DNA of 64,000 nucleotides from Camelus dromedarius (lineage: Eukaryota): assembly GCF_036321535.1 (NCBI RefSeq), contig NC_087437.1, forward strand, positions 53,260,001 to 53,324,000, read 5' to 3'. Position 1 is the first letter of the stretch. Every line of letters begins with the position of its first letter. A program made the translations under genes and the position numbers. Positions 51,336-63,936 of this stretch are shown here, in pieces. The notes below the pieces were generated by a model that was given only the letters and a program-made list of their open reading frames with translations, had not been told where the DNA came from and did not search any database.

Positions 51336-51400
51336 GAGAAGTTAGCTGATGGTGCTAACTTCCAGAAGCTAGGAAGTTAGCACCATCAGCTAGGCCTGGG

Positions 51401-51918
51401 TGTAGCCGGGATCTGGCCTGGCCGTGGTGTTCTTCTGTCAAACATCAACAATTCCACAGCACACCAACATTAGACAAGGGCCCTACGGGATGATGATAGA
51501 TCAAGGCAAAAATAAAATCACTCCACAGTCACATCTCAGGTCCAGACAAAAACAAAAACATTTTGTGGTCCAAACCATAAAAATGACTTAACATCACCCT
51601 TCCAGGTTAATGAGCGACTGCTGCTTCTTTACAATGATAGCTTTAGCCCCTTTATTCCTCCCGTCTTTGATACAAAAATTATTAAGATACCAAATCACAG
51701 AATTACCCTCACTTTCAGATTGCATCCAACCCACAACAAAGCCCTGTTTCCCAGAACCCTCCGCCAAATCATCTAGCACAGCCAAAATCCAATTATAAGT
51801 TCCTTAAACATGCTTTTATGGAAATGAAACTAGCTCTCTCCATTCTTATAATGAGTAATAAAATCTAACTTTATTCTACAGATATGTTCCTGGTGGTGTT
51901 TGACCGGAGGGCAATGAC
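51401..51918 (+). mobile_element. MER67-like ERV1 LTR
   Basis: gactgctgcttctttac...gctttagcc...attaagatacc...agaattaccc...gagtaataaa...gttcctggtggtgtttgaccggagggca. Confidence 0.7.
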
Positions 51919-52439
51919 CACATTAACAGCAAGAAGATTGCAGTGTGGCGGAAGGGCAGTGGATGAGGAAAAGAAAGGCAGAAAATGAGGCAAAGATGGC
52001 TTGGTAAGTACCACAAGGTTTTAGATTTTATTCCATGGAGAGCCGTTAGAGGGGCCAGAGCAGGGAAATGGCATAATCTAATCACTTTTAAGAGATCACA
52101 TTGGCAGTTCGTTTTCAAATTGGTCAGTAATTCTTCTGTCTTCCTGTATTCCCACAGTTAAATTGCATGCTTTTCCTTGTTTCTAGTGTTATCATGGATC
52201 TCACCACTTGAATATGCTATTATTCAGAGTCAACATTTTTTAAATCCTTGCCACATTCCAGACTCTGTACATGTATACAAGATTTTCATGTGTAAGAAAA
52301 TCTAGGCACCTAATACCAGAAGCATTCAACCAAAAGAATTGCTTTAAAAGAATGTTTTTCCTCATGATCCATTTTTAGATCACATTATTATAATGATCAC
52401 ATTATTTATAACAACAGCTCACAGAAAACAATAAAGACA

Positions 52440-52660
52440 CCAAGAGCCCAGGTTCTGGAAACAGGCTGACTAGGTGTGAATGCTGGCTCCTGTGTGACTT
52501 TGGGGAAATTACTTAAATCTCTCTGTTTCTCAGTTTCCTCATCTGTGAGAGGGAACTGTTATGAAGAATAAGCAAGTTAACACACAGAAGGTGCTTGGAA
52601 TAGTACTTGGCACATAATAAGTGCTCAAAACATATTTCCTTTTATTATAGTCATCATCAT
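52440..52660 (+). mobile_element. MIR SINE
   Basis: tgtgtgactttggggaaattacttaaatctctctgtttctcagtttcctcatctgt. Confidence 0.75.
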
Positions 52661-53829
52661 CATTCTGCTAAGCTGAGAATGACTGGTCTGTAGTATTAGT
52701 ATCCTGGTGGCTCAGTCCATGAGATACAAATCAGGTGGAATGTTTGTAACGAATAACAGCAGTATTAGCACAACGGATTCCAAGGTAAAGCGTGAGTTGT
52801 GGCTGTTACTGATCTTTATAATTTGGGGCAGGTAGCAACTGTTTTAAAGATTCTAAATGCAGCTGTGTAACTATATATTATACACTTCCTTCCTTCATCT
52901 ATATGATGAGAACAAAGCCACAAGAATGCATCTAGAAAATAGCACGGCTGGATCAAGCCTTTTTCCAATTACTATTTCTCTTAGAATACAGGTGATCCTA
53001 ACAGGTTAGGTCTCAGATCTTCTGAGTGAACAATCTCACCCAGAAGATGTGTCTCACAAACTCATCACTAAACAAGGGTGCCTTATACTCAGACTATTCC
53101 ACACTGTACAGCACACACCACTACACTGTCTTATACGTGCATCATTACTATAAGCTATCTTATTAAACCTTTATATCAATCTCATCAGGTAGAAAATATA
53201 CTTCATATATGGTACAGCTAAGAGCCAGAGAGGTCAGATGACACACTCAATGTCACACAACAAGTGGCACGGTCAGTACTAATTCCTAAGTCAGAGTAGC
53301 TTCCACTACAATATAGACACAGTTATCCAAAAGAAGAACACTAACTTTAAAATCTAACAAACTAAGAGAGCTAATTAAAATAAGCATTTTTACTTACATA
53401 TCAAAGAGCAATTCGGTATTGTCAGAAATAGAAAATATTTCTGGAATGGATGCTATTTTGCAAGATAATGACAATCAGGAAAAAAAGAAAACGAATACCA
53501 AGCAAATAGGATCCAATTATGAAAGTAAAAGTTTCTCTCATTCTTAAGGGAAAGGATCATAATGATCAAGGCATTATCAGGATACAGGAGACTTCATGGA
53601 AACATCCACCAGAAGAACTTGATACCCTTTTTTCAAGGTAGCTCCAGCTCCCTTTGGACAATGTTGTATAAGAAGCAATCCTTTACCATTTGGTGCTATA
53701 ATGTCTCTAGTTTCCCTTCCTAAAATCTCTAACAAAGTTTAATTAAATACCAAAACACTGGTGCAAACAATAACTACTTATTCTGAGCATCGTCTACTTT
53801 TAAATTGTATGCGCTATTCTGTTCAGAAG

Positions 53830-54470
53830 AAAACTGATAAGTCAAATGTTTCTAAACTGGACTCTAATTTTTGGAGTCATCTTTAATTTTTTTGTCTTTT
53901 TTACAAAATCTTATACCAAATCCTGCTTCCTGTCAAAGTATTTCTGGTCTCCACCCCCTTTCTCTCCACTCTAGTCCAGTTGCTTAGCCTAGACTCCTGT
54001 AATACCACCCTCACTGCCCTCTTTCAAATCTAACCAGAGGATCTCCATATGTACCAATCACATGTTTTAATCTGCCATAACATCTAATAAAGTGGTATGT
54101 GTATTGTAGGCATTCTGTAAATGTCCCTGAATAAACGAAACAGCTTTCTGAACTTCATTTCATTGTTCAAAACCCTTTTATGGCTCTTGCTACTTAATTC
54201 CACTTAAATCTAACTTTCATCGCCTGCTATTCAAGATTCTACATAATCTGGCTCAGTCTACCCAACCAAGTTTAAATACCACTACCGCATACCCAGAATC
54301 CTGTTTCAGCAACTGATTTCCAGGCTACCTAAGGTCTGCTTCTGCTTCCACATCTCCTCCTCTAGTGCTGTTAAAAGTATCGACCCAATCCTCACTCATT
54401 TTTCAAGGTCCAACACAAGCTCTACTTCTTCCATAAACCTTCCCTGACTACCCATACTGATATTTTCTGA
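53830..54470 (+). mobile_element. L2 fragments
   Basis: ttcaaaacccttttatggctc...ttcaaggtccaac...ttccataaaccttccctgac. Confidence 0.55.
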
Positions 54471-55202
54471 ATCTTTATACATGGTTTGTATACAGTGGTT
54501 CTTGGCTTCTAGAGTTTAAAGACCAATACCATTGAAATAAAATTTGTGGCAGACATAATAAACCATATCCACCTACTATCATAAGCATGTTATTAAAAAT
54601 AAAGTATTCTAGAACTGCCAAAGTGGGAAAGAAAGAATCTCAGAATAAAAGACAGTATTTTAAATTAATCAAATTTAGCTTTATTTTAAACACTATACTT
54701 TTATTTCATATTTTACCATGAATTAGGAAAACTTTGACAAAAACTGGCATTAATCCAGGGACCAGCAGTAAAAGTCCACCTTTGGGGAGTCTGTCTGTGG
54801 AATGGTGGAGCCAGGAAACCTGTATTTTTAACCAGCTCTTTGGATGATCCTGATGCATAACCCAGCCTGAGAACCACCAGTACAGTGCAGACAAGTAAAT
54901 TGAAAACTAAAACCAATCCATTCATGTATTGGATTATGTGACATAGTCTATATATGCTCTTTCATTCATTTAAGCCCTGTGTCTGCCAATTAAACTTAAG
55001 CTTCTTAAAAGAAGGGGGTCTAATACTTGGGTATCCACTTGTTCCTATCCCTCAACCAAATGTGCCTGGAATACTGACCCTAACAAATGACATACTATGT
55101 CTTTTTTATTATTTTAGCACAGCTATAAACGTGCAGATTAATCTACCTTCCCATGCATGCAGTTTCACATAAGACAAATTACTGTTTCTAGAAAATACTC
55201 AC

Positions 55203-55700
55203 TTTGTCAAACAAGCCTCCTTCACAGTTTTCTGCCAGATTTGTATTTTCTTTTCTCTTTGGCCCAGTGCTTTCTGATATGCAGATGGAAGACCCCCAGG
55301 TATCTCTGTTGTGTCCCCTTCCATCTCAAAGGGAATAATAAATACATAGAATTCGCATGGAGGTAAGAGTCGGAAGACACTTGTGCTGCTGTTCTCTCTG
55401 CACATGATCATGGGATTGTCCCAATAGTTAGGCACGGTAGCAAGGCCGGTCCTGGCCATGTGGTCCTCCAGCATTGGGTAATGGGTATGAAAAGGGGCAA
55501 ACGTTACTCTCTGGTTCCCAGAGAGAATAAGTGGGCGTGTAGGTGTCAGAATATGGAAGATGCAACCTGTGGTAGAAGAGATGGATAGGCGATGGCAAAC
55601 AGCAATGACTTTGACGTTGTCACAGCTGTAGAGGTGAAGAGCAGTCTGTACAGGGCCCAGGACAAAGGTGCTATTCCTACACTTCTCAATTGTCACAGAT
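55203..55700 (-). CDS. TBCCD1: TBCCD1 coding exon 5 (TBCC/C-CAP beta-helix domain; SVTIEKCRNS...EACLTK)
   Basis: 498 nt, catttttcag acceptor, AA|gtgagt donor; TBCC-like repeats (VTIEKCRNSTFVLGPV, LHLYSCDNVKVIAVC). Confidence 0.96.
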
Positions 55701-55780
55701 CTGAAAAATGAGAGAAATTTCTCTGAGTAAGAATAAGATAAAAAATATATGACTACAATATTATTATCTGATGGCAAAAA

Positions 55781-55870
55781 AGAAGGAGGAGGAGAAGAGG
55801 AAGAAGAGGAGGAGGAAGAAGAGGAAGAAGAAGGGGGGAGGAGGGGGAGGGAGAGGAGGGGGAGGAGAAA
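55781..55870. repeat. (GAG/GAA)n purine-rich low-complexity tract in the 231-nt TBCCD1 intron
   Basis: Read directly from the sequence. Confidence 0.9.
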
Positions 55871-55931
55871 AGATCAACCCTGGGCCAAAGAAAATGTCAC
55901 AACGTCAGAACACTATGAAGACTGTGCTTAC

Positions 55932-56118
55932 CGTAAGGGAGAGAGCAGATATATAAAAGATTCATTGCAACGATGAATCTTTACATGTGCCCCCACCAGA
56001 GTATCTGAGCTCTTGGCCAATGTCTGCTTGTAAACCTGGCTCATCACCACCATGCGGTGCATCCGAGGGGCCACGTGAGTATTACAAGCAATCTTAGCTC
56101 TTTTGGTTGTCCCTTCAA
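55932..56118 (-). CDS. TBCCD1: TBCCD1 coding exon 4 (VEGTTKRAK...LLSPLR)
   Basis: 187 nt, gaatag acceptor, CG|gtaagc donor; phases match the neighbouring exons. Confidence 0.94.
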
Positions 56119-57595
56119 CTATTCAAGACAAACAGAAATAAATGAGATAGTTTCAAATCAAAGGAAAACAATCAGCCACATGAGGTTACATGTCTACATG
56201 TCTACATATCTAAAATTAGATACATGTGAGGTTTAAAAAATGTTTGATCTGGGTGTTGGGTAAAGAGATGTTTGCTGTACTATTCTCTTTACATCTCCTT
56301 ATTTTTGCAGTATTTCAAAAATTTTTGTTATAAAAATTTTTTAAACCTATAATCCACTCAAGATTGCCTATATATCTATGATTTTTCCATGCCTACTCTT
56401 CAAGTTACGTGCCTAAGGTCATATGGCTACTAAGTGGCAGAGCTGGCACAACTCAAATATCTTCTCCAACCTGCCCTAATTTATCATCCCAACCTTTAAA
56501 TCATCTCTTTAAATTACCATTAATACTGAATTTGAATCCCTCCTAAATTACTTACAGTGTCATTCCATGAATTCTACTCGGGTTAACGTCTTCAGTCCCA
56601 AGATACTACTAACTGAAAGCACGTCTTCCTCTCATACACAGTGCCTTGCACAAACTCACACTCAAAAAATCTGTGCAGGCTGCCCTCCTAACTCAGTCCT
56701 GCCTTTATGTCATTGCCTTCTCAGACTGTACTTCCCTGCAAACCATCAGGACACTCTTGTAAAGAGATACTGGTTAAATGTGGAGAGGTCATATAGTGTG
56801 TTATTCTTCTTTTAAAACAATTCTTACTGTTTCCGTTTTATAGATAAGTAAAACATGGTTATTGCAGAAAAAATGTTAAATACTAGTATTAAAAGATAAA
56901 AATTATCTGTCATCCTAATATCTATCATAGTTTTGTATAATCCTAAGAGGTTAGATGCCCTTCTTTTTCCTACCCTAAAATTTAAAAACTTACTTGCACC
57001 TACATTCTTTTATCAACATCAAAAATTATTTAGTATCTCTTATGTATTTATAGGAGCCTTACATATCTGAGTCTGACCTCATGCTAGAGCAATAGCTTGG
57101 CTGGATATAAAATACTTGGATCACAATCTCTTTGCTCCACACTCTGTAGATGGTGCCATTTTCTGGTTTTCTGCATTATAAAAATTTGATACAAAACTGT
57201 TTTTTTTTACATTTGCATGGAACCTATTTTTTCTTTATCTTTGAAATTCAGAGACTGTGGAAGTATATTCTAATTTTCTTTCCCCCATTAATTTCGCCTG
57301 GCACTTGCCTCACTGTGTAGGCACCTACTTCTCTTTTAACCTCTATCTGGGCTCCTCTTCTCTTAAAACTTATACCTGGGCCCCAGGAAGTCATATAGTA
57401 CGTGAACCTATCCCTTTAGCCATCACTGGTCTATCAGGAAGAGATACCTTTGCAACCAAAGCCAGATTCTCTCTACTATAAATTTGAATTTCCAATGTGT
57501 CTGTGTAGCTAAAAAGAACTTCATCTTTACACCAACTCTCTGAGGTCCCTTAATCTGTCATTCAACTTAATATAGATTAAAATATTAATAAATAC

Positions 57596-57962
57596 CTTGG
57601 TGAGCCCAAGCCAATTTCTTTCCAGACTTGAGGCAAGCAGATGTACCAAATGGATTCCCAGTCAAACAGGCTCTCAACCAGGCTTCCAGCTTGCAGAAAG
57701 AAAAGGTCTTAGAGGTCTTTGAGAATCCACTTTCTGCATGCAGTGGTTGCCACAGTGCAAGTTCATAAAGTGGATATATCTTCCTGGCTCTATTCACTGT
57801 CCCTTCAATAAGAAAGCTGAGTGCCATGACAGCTTCTCGAGAGACTAGACTACTGTGGGTTGAATGAAATGATGCGGTGAGTTGTTCTGGATCTAAAAGC
57901 AGCTCAAGGAGATTTGACAGATGATCATAGACAAAAGCTTGGTGACTGTAATCATTCCAGTT
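57596..57962 (-). CDS. TBCCD1: TBCCD1 coding exon 3 (NWNDYSHQAF...LAWAHQ)
   Basis: 367 nt, ttttttag acceptor, G|gtatt donor; open frame. Confidence 0.95.
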
Positions 57963-58189
57963 CTAAAAAATATCAAAGGAAAGCACTCTTAACAGAACAA
58001 AGAGATTCTCGAAGACCTAAAAACTTTTATATGTTATTTATTTTGTATTTATCTTTTGCCTCATCTCCCCAAAAGTCGTGTTTTTGAAAGTCAGTAAGAT
58101 GGCAATATAAACCTCATATTTTCTGTGCATGTGATAGGTATACACAGCTTATCTCTCTACCTTAGCCAATTCAAAAGTAATACTAACAG

Positions 58190-58340
58190 CTAACCCTGAG
58201 TGTGTGCCAAGCCCTGTTATACAAACTTTCACATATTTAATCCTAGCAACAGCCATATAACAGATGGCATTACTACGCCCGCTTTACAATGAAATGGAGA
58301 TACAGAAAAGCTAAGAAACTAGCCCAAGGTCACACAGTTA
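58190..58340 (-). mobile_element. MIR SINE
   Basis: atttaatcctagcaacagcc...agaaactagcccaaggtcacacag. Confidence 0.65.
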
Positions 58341-58549
58341 ATATTCTAAAAGTTTTGGATCAAACATAAAAATAACCATCTCAGTTATTCCTTTCATGTA
58401 GCAGTTGGTTTCTTTCTTTACCTTCTCAAATCACAGAAGGAATTTCAAATTCCACTGGATGAAACAAGGCAACTGATCTTATAGTAACCAGATTTAAGAG
58501 AAGTTACAACTTTGGGAATAAACTGAGTTGGCAGATGTTCCAACAATTT

Positions 58550-59030
58550 GGCTCATTCATTTGATAGATATTATGGGGTATGAGCAATGTTAAGTGATGA
58601 TTTATGCTAATTGAATAAGATAAAGTTCCTGTCCTCAAGGAATTCAGGATCTACATAGTGAAATGCCAATATAAACCAATAACTATAACACAATGAGATA
58701 AAAACCTATGGCAGAGATCTGTTAAGATGTTCTATGAACATGAGAGTAACAAAGAACTCAAGGAAAACAAACCTTAGTGAAGCATTGTTTGAATAGATCC
58801 TTGACTGACGTCAGTAGTTATGCAAACAGATAAGGGAAAAGGCACTGTGGGTCTAGGGAACAATATCCAAAGGCGCACAGGAGTAAAATTACCTGCTGTG
58901 TTCAGAAAAGTGGAAGCTCTGAGTGGGGTGTAGGAAGTGTGCTGGGAAGTGGCAGGTGAAGTTAAAATGTAAGCAGAGGCCATTCACAAAAGACCTTGTA
59001 TGAAATGCTAAGACAGCTGGACTTCATTTT
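58550..59030 (-). mobile_element. L2 fragment
   Basis: cattcatttga...cctgtcctcaaggaattc...ctagggaacaatatccaaaggc. Confidence 0.6.
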
Positions 59031-60404
59031 GTGTGCCAGAGGCTTTCAAACTATTTTATAAACAGCTATTTCTTTCTTTCTTTTTAATAAACTGTCATTT
59101 GGATACCAAAGAACATGTCAAAGCAGAGCTATCCACGGCTCATCTGCTCTTCCTCCCTCTTACTGCATTCCCCTGCCCTGCAGGAGGTAGGCCCTGAGAA
59201 GGTGCCAAAGGGTGCAAGATGAGAACAACAATGACAATGAGAATTCTCTGATGGAGTTTCGACAGGAGATGTAAATCATCTGCATTTTAGAAAGTCCAGT
59301 GTAGTAGGTGGACTATAGACTCAAAGCAAGGTGACCAAGTAGGACCTAATTACAGAAATCAAGGCAAAACCAAAATGACAATAGGGCCTATAAAAGAGGG
59401 GAAAAAAAGAAATTTTTAAAGAGTTCTTTTTGAGGCAGAATCAATAAGACTTGACAACTAATTAGGTATGGGTGGTGGTAACTTTCACTGGCACAGGGAA
59501 TACAAGTTAATTAAAATAAAGGGAAATTTTACTGTGGGGACACATAGTCATCTCCCAAACTGAAGTATTCAGGGAGGCCTCATCAGAACTGGAACTGGAC
59601 AGCCATCTCCATGCTGGTTCTCTCAGGCCTCTCTGCATATCTGTTCCATTCTGTTTTTCTCAGAGTTTCTTCCTACCTCAGAGTTTCTAAGCTCTCTTAA
59701 CTCCTGATCACTCATGGATATGGTAGCTATTCTGGTCCCAAAGTCACATGAGCTACCATCTCAAATACCTATCGCCAACTGGTAATTTCTTCAGTTGCTG
59801 GGGGTACTGATTGGGCCAGGTCATCATTTCAGATCAGGCCAATTTCAAACACAAACCTAGGAATGGGTTACTCAGGTCAAGTGTCCATCCCTGGTCTAAT
59901 CAGTTGCTGGGAGAGGTCATGCTATAGGACAAACTAAAGCCACCATATATTGGTGCTCACTGTTCAACAAGCCTCATGCTATGTCATGCTAACATATTAC
60001 TGAATTCTCACAGACATTCAGAAATAGGCATTATCATCCCTGTTTAGAGAAGAGAAGCCAAGCTAGAGAAGTTAACTGACTTGCCTAAAATCATGTGTAA
60101 TCAAATTCATTAACATTTGCAAAAATGGGAATGCTAATAAGAGGACAGTGAATGATTTGCCTGAAAGTCATTTAGGTGATTTTTGTGTTGCTAAAGGAAT
60201 TGAAATCAGTTCTCTATTTTGATTAAGACTGCACATATTGCTTTTGTTTTATAATTAGGGAAAAAAAGTAAAAAGCAAAACAGACAAAACAAGCCAGCCA
60301 ATCTCTAGCTTATATAAATAGTCTAACGTAATTTTTAATGAAGGCAAACCATCTCCCTCATAAATTGTCTGTTTCAGAGAAAGAGGCCATAATTTAAACA
60401 GTAC

Positions 60405-60560
60405 CTTATTATGACAACTGGACTTTTCAGTGAGGTCGGGAGAGTGAGATCTGTTTCTGGGACTAGGCCACTCTTCTCCAATCAATGATGTTCTCAGGGA
60501 GACCTTGTTTAACTGCTGTATATATAAGAAGAGCAGAAACTGTAGGGTGTCCACTGAAAG
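60405..60560 (-). CDS. TBCCD1: TBCCD1 coding exon 2 (LSVDTLQF...SCHNK)
   Basis: 156 nt, ttttggacag acceptor, AAG|gtac donor, phase 0/0. Confidence 0.95.
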
Positions 60561-61429
60561 CTGTCCAAAAAGAAAATAAATGATGAACATATGTTCTAAA
60601 ACCACATCAATTACTAGTCTACAACAAAGAAGACACAGTAAAATAAATTCACAACGATGTGCTGATCCTAACAAGACAAATGTAGAAACGTTGCTAGCGT
60701 TTGATGTCTCTGATACCCAGATGTAGGAGTTTCTAAAACTAATTAAATTGGAGTGACTTACTTTCTCAGAAAGCTATGTAGCATCTATGGCTGTAGAAAC
60801 TCTCTCCCAAAACTGATGAAGTGGAAAGGATGAGGGACATACTTTTTTAAAGTATGTAATTTCAGAAATTTAAAATTACAGTTTTAAAAAACACCTTAGT
60901 AATTTGAATAAACAAACGAATAGATGAAGGAAAAGAAGAAGGAAATTTAATCAAGACACAGAGTTTAATTTAACCTAATCACAAACTTATCAAGAAAGTT
61001 CAGGATATCAGTGCAACACCTGAAATTGTATGTAATTTTTTGGTGTCTATGCATTTTGGCAGGGAGTAGGCCTCAGGTTTTCATCAAATTCTTAAAAGGG
61101 CATTTTACTTTAAAAAAAAAAATTCTACTGGCCTGACAGATGTTTATAAGTCATTTTCTATTTGAAGAAGAGTGTGGTTTGAAGCTCAGGATTTGACGCT
61201 CAGGATTATTCTCAGATACCCATTCCCATATGCACACAAGAGAGGCAAAAAACTGAAGTAATACAGCTGGGACTACAGCTATGTTCACCCTGATTCCCAA
61301 CCTGGCTAAAGCTCACTGTGCATAAGGAACTCAAAAATACGGATTCTCAAGATCACCTAGACCTATTTAGTCAACTGTCAGTGTGGAACCTCATGAATCT
61401 ACATATTTTAAAAAATTTTTACTTTCTTA

Positions 61430-61790
61430 ATTAAACTTTTGGAGGTAACTGTCGAGTCACATGCAGCTGTAAGGGCAGAGAGATCCCACACACGCTTTAC
61501 CCAGTTTCTCATCTTGGAAAATTATCACACGGGGCACAGACAGGGTGCTGACATGGTGCAGTCACGGTACAGAGCACCTCCACCAGCACAAGGATCCTTC
61601 ATGTTGCACTTTTATAGCCACACCCACTCCCCTCTTCCTTCCCTCCCTCCCTCATTCCTTCCTCAGCCCCTGACAACCACTTATCTGTTCTTTATCGCAA
61701 TAGTTTTGTCATTTCAAGAATGTTTTATAACTAGGATCATACAGTATGTCACCTTTTGGGATTGGCTTTTTTCACTCAACATAATTCTCT
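61430..61790 (-). mobile_element. L1M (L1MB/MC-like) 3' end
   Basis: cccctgacaaccac...tgtcatttcaagaatgttttata...ttttgggattggcttttttcactcaacataat. Confidence 0.75.
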
Positions 61791-62109
61791 GATTTTATAT
61801 ATACTTCCATCAAACAATTATCTGTTATATCACCATTATTCCTTCATATACCTGACCCCCCATGAGACTACAAGATCCTTGTCTTTTTCATTTTTATATT
61901 CCTAGTAACTAGTAAGGAAACTAGTATATAGTAAGCACTCAAAAAATTTGGGGCTTCTGGTTTGATTCCTCTCTGTATCCACAGCATCCACTGCTGTACC
62001 TAGCACATAACAGGCACTCAATAAATGCTTAATTATTAATTTTAATGCCCTTCTCTTGGTTGCTTGCCAAACTTTTTTACAATTTCCAAAACCTTGTTCA
62101 GATATTACC

Positions 62110-62970
62110 CCATGTGGCAGAGACTCGCTGGATGCTCACTAAGTATCTTTCCTTCCTGGGCACACAATTAGATGGTATTTCCCAGCCTCCCTTGAAGCTG
62201 GATATGGTATAACTGGGTTATAATCAATGGAATGTAGGTGGATTTACATATACCATTTTCAAGCCTCCTGAAAACTCTCCCAAAGGAACGGAAGTGAGGG
62301 ACTCAGGCCCTAGTGGGCATGGCTGGGGCAAACCATATTCTATTTGCAACTGTTCACTTCCCCATCCTCCAAGAGGCTTACACGGCCCTACCCATGGCCA
62401 TGGGATTTCCCTACCTCCTGTGAGTAGTTTACCTCCCATCTTATTGATTCTAAGCATGGACCTGTGACAAAGCTTTACCCAGTGGAATGAAAGCAGTTGC
62501 AGTTTACATCACATGTGAGCAAAAGTTTTAAAAGGCATCAAGACTTTTCTCCTGCTCTGTTGCTCTTCCCTTCTGTCACAAGAACAGACGTGACCTACAC
62601 AGGAGCCGCTTCTTCAGCTTGAGTCCCCAAATGGGCAGACACACAGAGCTAAGCCACAACCTGGAAGAGAGCCATAGCTAAGGTGCAGCCTACATGTAAA
62701 ATAAGCAAGAAATAAATCTTAGTTACTGTAAGCCACTGGAATTTCATTTTTGTTTTCTTTTTAACTGCAGCAAAGCAGACTAATAATAAAGCGGCTCCCA
62801 AAGACAGAAGATGCCTAGGTCCATGAGTCACTGCTTAGATGACAGCAGCCTAGAAGCTCATGCATCCAGATGCCCTATGCTGGACTGCCACATGAGTAAG
62901 AAAGAAACTGTTACGGCGCCGCTGCTGACATGCTGGGATCGCTTGTTACTGTAATTAGCCTACCCTGATT
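62110..62970 (+). mobile_element. Nested old MLT1-type MaLR LTR fragments
   Basis: atttcccagcctcccttg, gtgacaaagctttacccagtggaatg, gtaagccactgga, gagtaagaaagaaact. Confidence 0.55.
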
Positions 62971-63474
62971 AATATCCTTTCTCTGTGAAGTCTTTCTTCA
63001 TCACCAGAATTAATCATTCTCTTCTCTGTTCTATTTCTGTACTTTATGCATACTTTTATTGTACATGCCACACAATTAAGTAGCACTTTTTTTTACACAC
63101 CAGCTTCCCCTGCTAGTCTATGAGCTCCACGAGGTCAGAGCTGCTGTTCTAATCGTCTTTGAATCCCAGCACATAGCAGATGCTCACTTACCTCAAAATA
63201 GTTTTAATGTCAATGAAAATATTTCCATCTTCCAATTACAGGGTTCCTGGAACATTACTGCTTTGAAAGTAGATGAGTAACAATTGTTAAGTAAGGACTA
63301 ATTTGTTAAATTGCCAAACTGGAACTGCTAAAACTTAAATAGTGCTTTGGAATCAGATGGTCATTAACCCACAACTGCACACTGTTCAGCCAGAATGAAA
63401 ACTTAAAATAATTTATTTCCCAAAGTAATTAAACACACACACAAATATATATACACATACATATAAATCCATAC

Positions 63475-63810
63475 CTGATTCCTTTGCTTTTCGACTTCAT
63501 CCTCAGACATGCAGTTGGACAGAATTTCAGACCATTCCAGACGCTCCTCTGGTGTCTTTACTGCAAGACTATCAAATATTTCAAAGTAAAGCCACGCCAG
63601 ATCCTTAGCCAACTGCAGCTTCCCACATGCAATGTGCCTCCACGTCGACCAGGACAGGCGTGGGTAAGCTCCCTCTGTGGCCCGGGTTCGCACATAGGTG
63701 GATATCTTCCTGAGATAGTGAAGACTGAACTTGGATGGAGGGGGGACCTGCAAGGCGCCCACTATAAAGGGTTCTGCTTTCACCCAGAGGAGAACTCCGG
63801 ACTGATCCAT
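63475..63810 (-). CDS. TBCCD1: TBCC domain-containing protein 1, first coding exon (MDQSGVLLW...EKQRNQ, 112 aa); the exon starts at 63853 with 43 nt of 5' UTR
   Basis: Recognisable TBCCD1 N-terminus; tttcatag acceptor with AG at 63854-63855, strong Kozak context (AATATGG), CAG|gtat donor. Confidence 0.96.
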
Positions 63811-63936
63811 ATTATCTCTAAGGACATCTGTGTGAAAAGGCTTCTTTGCATACCTATGAAATAAAGTTTCTTCACAAACTCATCTGAAACAAAACTCATT
63901 TACACATTTTCTTTTAAGGTGACCTCTCCCTTAACT

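Noticed and set aside
55749..55976. Poly-Glu and Lys/Arg/Gly-rich ORFs
   Set aside because: They are translations of the intronic (GAG/GAA)n low-complexity tract.
63484..63864. 126-aa antisense ORF over the TBCCD1 first coding exon
   Set aside because: Shadow ORF with a non-ATG start.
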